In this document: piece after piece, positions 48,423 through 56,708 of the stretch
How the letters are laid out: every line of letters begins with the position of its first letter
How positions within the stretch are numbered: position 1 is the stretch's first letter
From: an uncultured Candidatus Saccharibacteria bacterium
GTDB taxonomy: Bacteria; Patescibacteriota; Saccharimonadia; Saccharimonadales; UBA4665
Assembly: GCA_903836325.1 (NCBI GenBank)
Contig: CAILQE010000002.1
Span: 1 to 56,708, forward strand
DNA: 56,708 bases
Reading direction: 5' to 3'
The notes under the pieces: generated by a model
What the model saw: the letters and a program-made list of their open reading frames with translations, nothing else
The model's database searches: none
Told to the model about the DNA's origin: nothing
Program-made: the position numbers and the translations under genes

Positions 48423-48620
48423 TTAAGCAATAGTTTTGGTTCGACGAGAAATTCGTCCACCTTTAGCTCCAGCAGCTCTTGCTAAATCTCGATTAGCAAA
48501 GAAACCACCAGTTCGTCCTAATTTTCCACCTTTAGAACCTATTTTAGCGTAAAAATCAGCACCATACTTCTTCTTATTAGTAGCAGCTGCTGCTTGTCCG
48601 CCTTGTTTTGTTCCGGCCAT
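48423..48620 (-). CDS. KGG-repeat general stress protein (YciG/GsiB-like)
   Basis: 65 aa of Gly/Lys-rich repeats (SKGGKLG, AKGGRIS). Confidence 0.7.
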   Translation of the reverse strand: MAGTKQGGQAAAATNKKKYGADFYAKIGSKGGKLGRTGGFFANRDLARAAGAKGGRISRRTKTIA

Positions 48621-48765
48621 ATAAAGTCCTCCCTTATATTTAGTTATTTCGTAAAAATAAAAAGAGAGTCATCAAAAAAGATAACCCTCTTTCCTCTTAC
48701 GAATTAGATATATAATAACACGCTACTGTTTATAAGTCAATAGTGCTAAAGCATAGATTTAGTCT

Positions 48766-48797
48766 AAAAAGAAAAACAGTCTCCTTTTTGGAGACTG
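48766..48797 (-). terminator. Intrinsic terminator after 5S rRNA
   Basis: Stem CAGTCTCC / GGAGACTG (48777-48784 with 48790-48797) with a 5-nt loop. On the minus strand it is followed by UUUUUCUUUUU. Confidence 0.7.
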
Positions 48798-48807
48798 CTT
48801 TTATAAA

Positions 48808-48921
48808 TTGGCACCGTGCTATTTTCCCAGGGGTGAACCCCAAGTATTGTAACCGCTACGAGGCTTAACTGCTGTGTTCGGAATGGGAACAGGTGTTTCC
48901 CTCGTGCTATGGGCACCAAGT
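48808..48921 (-). rRNA. rrf: 5S ribosomal RNA
   Basis: The reverse complement reads UUGGUGCCCAUAGCACGAGGGAAACACCUGUUCCCAUUCCGAACACAGCAGUUAAGCC...GCACGGUGCCAA, with closing helix I. Confidence 0.9.
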
Positions 48922-49099
48922 AGGATCTTGTTTATACAAACAAAACCCTGTTGTTGTCCATAATCTGATATAAATATATTACTTTAAGTGATAATTTTAC
49001 TTTGACAAACGAACGCATTAATAATGACCAATGACCAGTCAAAATGCTACTTCTCACCAAAACTCATGTTAGATTTAAAACCATACATGGGTTTTGGTC

Positions 49100-52088
<2,989 letters not shown>

Positions 52089-52160
52089 TTAGTATGTATT
52101 AAACATACTCAAAGTGCAATTTGACTGGTCGTTGGTGATTACCAACAGCCGTTTGTCTTA

Positions 52161-52217
52161 AATTGCTTATCTCTAATATTTTCAATTATTTTCTAATTGC
52201 TTATCTCTAATATTTTC
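52161..52217. repeat. Perfect 23-bp direct repeat, two copies, 34-bp period
   Basis: AATTGCTTATCTCTAATATTTTC occurs at 52161-52183 and 52195-52217, in the leader just upstream (minus sense) of the 23S processing stem. Confidence 0.9.
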
Positions 52218-52240
52218 TTAAAATATTATATTTATTCAAA

Positions 52241-52250
52241 TTGTTAAGTT
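52241..52250 (-). promoter_or_regulatory. boxA-like antitermination element in the 23S leader
   Basis: The minus strand reads AACUUAACAAUUU, compared with E. coli rrn boxA CUCUUUAACAAUUU (one U shorter). Confidence 0.3.
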
Positions 52251-52381
52251 TCTAAACCGAAGGACTTAGCTAAATTAAATGAAAATCAATTAATTTGGCC
52301 CCGCCCTTGAGTTTACGATTATGGCTTAATTTGGGGTTACTTTCCCGTTTAAGACTTTACCTAAACTCAAGTTGTCAAACA

Positions 52382-52410
52382 ATAATATCAATTTTAACAG
52401 ATATAGTCAA
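52382..52410 (-). promoter_or_regulatory. Promoter-like element upstream of 23S-5S (TTGACT-17-TATTAT)
   Basis: On the minus strand the -35 is at 52410-52405 and the -10 at 52387-52382, with exactly 17 nt between them. It lies back-to-back with the tRNA promoter about 100 bp away. Confidence 0.45.
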
Positions 52411-52509
52411 TACTCCTATGATGTCTTTGTTGCAACAGTTTGGATACTAATAACGAACGAAATACGAATTTATATTAGGATCAATTTATAAACATTTTAC
52501 ACTCTACTC

Positions 52510-52538
52510 TTGTCTGATTGATGTTTTTTCGGTAAAAT
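52510..52538 (+). promoter_or_regulatory. Promoter-like element for the plus-strand tRNA-Ala/tRNA-Ile unit (TTGTCT-17-TAAAAT)
   Basis: -35 at 52510-52515 and -10 at 52533-52538 with a 17-nt spacer. The -10 ends 23 nt before tRNA-Ala. Confidence 0.45.
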
Positions 52539-52561
52539 ACATCGGTAGTTATTTATAACTT

Positions 52562-52638
52562 GGGGCATTAGCTCAGTTGGCTAGAGCGCCTGCTTTGCAA
52601 GCAGGAGGTCATCGGTTCGAGCCCGATATGCTCCACCA
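52562..52638 (+). tRNA. tRNA-Ala (anticodon UGC), CCA encoded
   Basis: Hand-folded cloverleaf: acceptor GGGGCAT/ATGCTCC with the G3:U70 identity pair, anticodon loop TTTGCAA and T arm ATCGG-TTCGAGC-CCGAT. It folds only on the plus strand. Confidence 0.95.
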
Positions 52639-52658
52639 CCATTTAGATAACTATACAA

Positions 52659-52735
52659 GGGCGATTAGCTCAGTTGGTTAGAGCGCGTCACTGATAATGA
52701 CGAGGTCGGAGGTTCGAGTCCCTCATCGCCCACCA
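52659..52735 (+). tRNA. tRNA-Ile (anticodon GAU), CCA encoded
   Basis: Acceptor GGGCGAT/ATCGCCC, anticodon stem CGTCA/TGACG, loop CTGATAA and discriminator A. The T stem GGAGG/CCCTC contains one A-C mismatch and one G-U pair in my fold. Confidence 0.88.
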
Positions 52736-52750
52736 TTTATATAAAGACTT

Positions 52751-52779
52751 AAATCCATCAATCTTAGATGGATTTTTTT
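52751..52779 (+). terminator. Intrinsic terminator after tRNA-Ile
   Basis: Stem AAATCCATC / GATGGATTT (52751-52759 with 52767-52775) and a 7-nt loop, running into a T-tract. Confidence 0.7.
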
Positions 52780-52999
52780 ATTACACAAAAAATTAAGATC
52801 AAATAAAAAAGCTCCACTGATTAACAGAAGAGCTTCTTCTTAACAACTTATGTAGTGCAACAACGTTAGAACGTATATTCAGTGACTGAATTATCGACTG
52901 AGTTTTCAGCTTATAATAAGTTGTCAGTACTGATAAAAAACAACTTATCGATATCGACCTAGCTCACCAATGATTGCTCATTAGTTGCTAGTTTATCTC

Positions 53000-54478
<1,479 letters not shown>

Positions 54479-54534
54479 ATTTGTTCTCTTATAAAACAAT
54501 TCAAAATGAACTGACGTTGATTGCACTACATAAA

Positions 54535-54546
54535 TTGTTAAAGGTC
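54535..54546 (-). promoter_or_regulatory. boxA antitermination element in the 16S leader
   Basis: The minus strand reads GACCUUUAACAAUUUAUG, compared with E. coli rrn boxA GCUCUUUAACAAUUUAUC (10 of 12 in the core). Confidence 0.5.
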
Positions 54547-54593
54547 AAAATTTTTCTAGGAGTATCTAAACGACCTCCTGAAAGACTCCGTTT

Positions 54594-54623
54594 ATTCTAT
54601 ATTAAATATGGCAAAAATGTCAA
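54594..54623 (-). promoter_or_regulatory. rRNA promoter P1 (TTGACA-18-TAGAAT)
   Basis: On the minus strand the -35 is at 54623-54618 and the -10 at 54599-54594. It lies just after the gyrA stop and about 110 nt upstream of the mature 16S. Confidence 0.5.
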
Positions 54624-54641
54624 CACTTATTACCAATTATC

Positions 54642-56708
54642 TTATAGTTCTTCGATTTCTTCGTCATTTTTATCAATTAATGTCAGTGAGACTACTTCAT
54701 CTCCATCATTAATTCTCATGATTCTAACACCTTGAGTAGCTCTTCCTAACTGAGGAATATCCTTCAATCCAAGTCTAATAGCCTGTCCCTGTTGTGAAAT
54801 TATCAGAACTTCTTGATTGTCTTCTTTTCCTAGGGTTTTAACTCCAACCAATTGACCAGTTTTTGTATTAACAACAGCTGATCTAATTCCAACTCCACCT
54901 CGTGAGTGTGCTGTAAATTGAGATATTTTTGTTCGCTTACCGTATCCATATTTACTAATTACAAATATATCTGAGTTTTCTTCAACGATATCCATTCCAA
55001 TGACGTGATCATCTTTTCGTAGTCTTATTCCTCTAACACCTCTACTAACCCTTCCCATAGGCCGTGCGTCCTTCTCATGGAATCTTATTGCCTGACCTTG
55101 GGAGGTAGAAATTACTACTTCATTGCTACCATTTGTCATTCTTATCCATTTAAGCTCATCGCCTTCGTCTAGATTTATAGCTATAAGACCAGAGCTTCTT
55201 ACGTTTGCATATTGTTCAAATGGAGTCTTTTTTACTACACCCTTAACCGTACACATGATTAGATTGGCTGCTTGATCAGTCTTATTGATATTTAGAACAG
55301 AGCTAACAACCTCTTCTGGCTGTAACTGCAGTAAGTTTACTAATGCAACACCTTTTGCGCTTAGCAATGTAGATGGAAGTTCGTAGGTCTTCATTCTAAA
55401 GACTCTACCCTTATTGGTAAAGAATAGTAAGAAGTCATGAGTAGAAGCATTAACAACATGCTCTATGTTGTCTTCTTCTCTTGTAACCATTCCTCTTCTT
55501 CCTTTTCCACCTCTTCCTTGTTTCTTGTAGTCAACAATAGATGTTCTCTTGATGTAATTAGCGGCGGTAAGAGTAACTACTACCTGTTCGTCTGCGATTA
55601 GGTCTTCGTCGCTTAATTTTCCAAGTTCAGAATTCACAACTTTAGTTCTTCTCTCGTCAGCATACGTCTTCTTAACTTCTTCTAGTTCATCTTTAATAAT
55701 CTGTAAAATCTTAGTTTCATCAGCAAGAATGGCTTCTAGTTCAGCTACCAACTTTAGAAGATCGGCTAATTCATTCTCTATATCTTTTCGGTCTAGGCCA
55801 GTAAGTCTTCTTAACTGCATAGCTAGGATAGCTCTACATTGTATCTCGGTTAATTTAAACTCTTTTATTAGGTTTGCTAGTGCTTCATCATAGGTCTCGG
55901 ACGCTCTAATTGTTGCAATTACTGCATCAATGTTATCTAAAGCTATCTTAAGACCTTCGAGTATATGCGCTCTCTCTTTTGCCTTCCTTAATTCATACTC
56001 GGTTCTTCTTCGAACAACTACTTGTCGATGTTTAATGTGCTCTTTGATGATGTCCTGTAGTCCAAGTATTCTTGGTTGGATGCCATCTATAAGAGCTAGC
56101 ATGTTGAAATGGAAAGTAGATTGAAGTGGAGTTAGTTTGAATAATTGATTTAATAACTTGTTAGCAAAAGCATCTTTCTTAAGATCTATTACTATTTTTA
56201 CATCACCTCTAGAACTTTCGTCTCTAATATCTGATATGCCTACAATTTTCTTGTCGTGTACTAAATCCGCAATCTTAGTAATCAAGGATTCTTTGTTTAA
56301 GCTATAAGGGATCTCAGTAATAACAATCTGATCTCTTTTCTTTCCTTCACCACTTACAACTTCTGCAACACCTCTAGTTACAACTCCACCCCTACCTGTT
56401 GCGTATGCAGTTTTTATGGATTCTTTACCATATATAACTCCTCCTGTTGGGAAGTCAGGTCCTTTAACGAATTCAAGTAAATCATCTAGGACTGCATTTT
56501 CATTATTAATCTGGAAAATAGTAGCATCAATAATCTCGCCTAGATTATGTGGCGGGATATTTGTGGCCATACCAACTGCAATACCTAGCTGTCCGTTTAA
56601 AAGTAGATTAGGAACTTTTGCCGGTAGAACCACAGGTTCCTGAAGTCTACCGTCGTAGTTTTCTCTAAAATCAACAGTTTCTTTATCTATATCAACAAGC
56701 AACTCTTC
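54642..56708 (-). CDS. gyrA: DNA gyrase subunit A (N-terminus lies beyond the window end)
   Basis: The frame is open to the window edge. GyrA motifs include NGQLGIAVGMATNIPPHNL and the repeated C-terminal beta-pinwheel blades (GVRGIRL, GVRIMRI). The Met at 56702 is internal. Confidence 0.95.
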   Translation of the reverse strand, partial: EELLVDIDKETVDFRENYDGRLQEPVVLPAKVPNLLLNGQLGIAVGMATNIPPHNLGEIIDATIFQINNENAVLDDLLEFVKGPDFPTGGVIYGKESIKTAYATGRGGVVTRGVAEVVSGEGKKRDQIVITEIPYSLNKESLITKIADLVHDKKIVGISDIRDESSRGDVKIVIDLKKDAFANKLLNQLFKLTPLQSTFHFNMLALIDGIQPRILGLQDIIKEHIKHRQVVVRRRTEYELRKAKERAHILEGLKIALDNIDAVIATIRASETYDEALANLIKEFKLTEIQCRAILAMQLRRLTGLDRKDIENELADLLKLVAELEAILADETKILQIIKDELEEVKKTYADERRTKVVNSELGKLSDEDLIADEQVVVTLTAANYIKRTSIVDYKKQGRGGKGRRGMVTREEDNIEHVVNASTHDFLLFFTNKGRVFRMKTYELPSTLLSAKGVALVNLLQLQPEEVVSSVLNINKTDQAANLIMCTVKGVVKKTPFEQYANVRSSGLIAINLDEGDELKWIRMTNGSNEVVISTSQGQAIRFHEKDARPMGRVSRGVRGIRLRKDDHVIGMDIVEENSDIFVISKYGYGKRTKISQFTAHSRGGVGIRSAVVNTKTGQLVGVKTLGKEDNQEVLIISQQGQAIRLGLKDIPQLGRATQGVRIMRINDGDEVVSLTLIDKNDEEIEEL

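Noticed and set aside
52161-52217. Spacer direct repeats as a CRISPR array
   Set aside because: There are only two 23-bp copies separated by 11 bp and no cas genes. The geometry does not fit a CRISPR array.
54520-54548. Second rRNA promoter-like site TTGACC-17-TGCAAT upstream of 16S
   Set aside because: The TTGACC is part of the boxA element, and the -10 falls inside the 5' strand of the 16S processing helix. Both must be transcribed, so P1 (54594-54623) is the better candidate.

Overview
AT-rich, tightly packed and almost entirely housekeeping chromosome segment from a reduced-genome bacterium. I call 52 CDS (2 truncated by the window edges), one 16S/23S/5S rRNA set, 2 tRNAs, one T-box leader, and several promoters and terminators. 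Lineage (inference): gene order looks like a pared-down Firmicute layout (hpf-secA-prfB, ftsEX, rpsB-tsf-frr-rseP-proS, ftsA-ftsZ, def-fmt, rpsA-infB). An LCP wall-polymer ligase is present. RF1 and RF2 are both present and UGA is used as a stop, so the standard code applies. The 16S has U at E. coli position 912. Together this fits Patescibacteria/CPR, most plausibly Saccharibacteria (TM7). I found no CRISPR array, transposase, integrase, prophage, toxin-antitoxin pair or recognisable defence system, and I do not claim a novel protein system here. The most unusual structure is the rRNA locus. 16S, 23S and 5S are on the minus strand, but the spacer tRNA-Ala and tRNA-Ile are on the plus strand with their own promoter-like and terminator elements. 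A strong promoter-like site also precedes 23S, which suggests a split operon with an antisense tRNA cassette. Other points worth a second look: a ~616-bp non-coding island beside convergently overlapping parB/parA, which holds a perfect DnaA box and a possible terminated small RNA; an ileS T-box with a very short Stem I and an ambiguous expression platform; an editing-domain-less ProRS; and conserved clusters that have lost pyrH/uppS/cdsA/dxr. All coordinates of RNA ends, promoters and hairpins were read by eye and are approximate.
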